Below, one piece after another: positions 63,690-64,000 of a DNA stretch of 64,000 bases. The stretch covers positions 34,968,001 to 35,032,000 of the forward strand of contig OX597818.1 of NCBI GenBank assembly GCA_951406725.2. Reading direction: 5' to 3'. The notes below the pieces were generated by a model. The model was not told the DNA's origin and did not search any database. It was given only the letters and a program-made list of their open reading frames with translations. The DNA is from Octopus vulgaris. Lineage: Eukaryota. The first letter of the stretch is position 1, and each line of letters opens with the position of its first letter. The translations under genes were made by a program, and so were the position numbers.

Positions 63690-64000
63690 AGTCCCCATGG
63701 AGGCAAGGAAGTGGTGAAGTGTAATCTTCCAATGTTGGGCCTCACATAGGTGATGACAAATGACTGAAACCTTTGGCGATACGCAGTACTTGGGAAGACT
63801 CATCAAGCCAAGTGAAATTGTAGTCATGGCTGTTGCCAGTGTCATATAAATGGCACCTGTGAAAGCGTAGCTGTGGCTGTTGCTGGTATTATGCGTATAG
63901 TACCCATGCCAATGGTATGTAAAATGCACCCATTACACACTTGGAGTGGTTAGCATTAAGAAGGGCATCCAGCTGAAGAGACCAAGCCAAATCAGACTGA
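63690..64000 (+). mobile_element. RTE C-terminus running into the family B 3' UTR (cut by window end)
   Basis: EVVKCNLPMLGLT*VMTND*NLWRYAVLGKTHQAK*, then AAGGGCATCCAGCTG. Confidence 0.78.

Overview
AT-rich, repeat-saturated eukaryotic (animal) DNA with no supportable host protein-coding gene. Almost every ORF in the track is a microsatellite or repeat artefact. The repeat content (several tRNA-headed SINE families, RTE LINE relics with (GAT)n tails, dense (TA)n/(CA)n/(GATA)n tracts) resembles octopus/coleoid cephalopod genomes; that assignment is my inference from recognition, not a search. Recognisable elements: RTE reverse-transcriptase relics and many RTE 3' ends, mariner/maT fossils, piggyBac- and pogo-type MITEs, Helitron-type non-autonomous elements, a solo LTR, an R4/Dong 3' end inside (TAA)n and an L1/Tx1-like 3' end inside (GATA)n. 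The most interesting signal is a set of about ten fold-back (long inverted-repeat) elements, mostly in or next to (TA)n tracts. Several of them, and several related non-palindromic elements, carry minimal hammerhead-ribozyme motifs (CUGAnGA or the covariant UUGAAAA, stem II, GAAA, short palindromic stem III). Some have the motif in both polarities and one has a 12-bp target-site duplication, consistent with Penelope-like/retrozyme-type mobile RNAs. A 1.17-kb GC-rich unclassified element with a 13-bp TSD splits an RTE RT relic. Repeat boundaries were read by eye and are approximate to a few bases.
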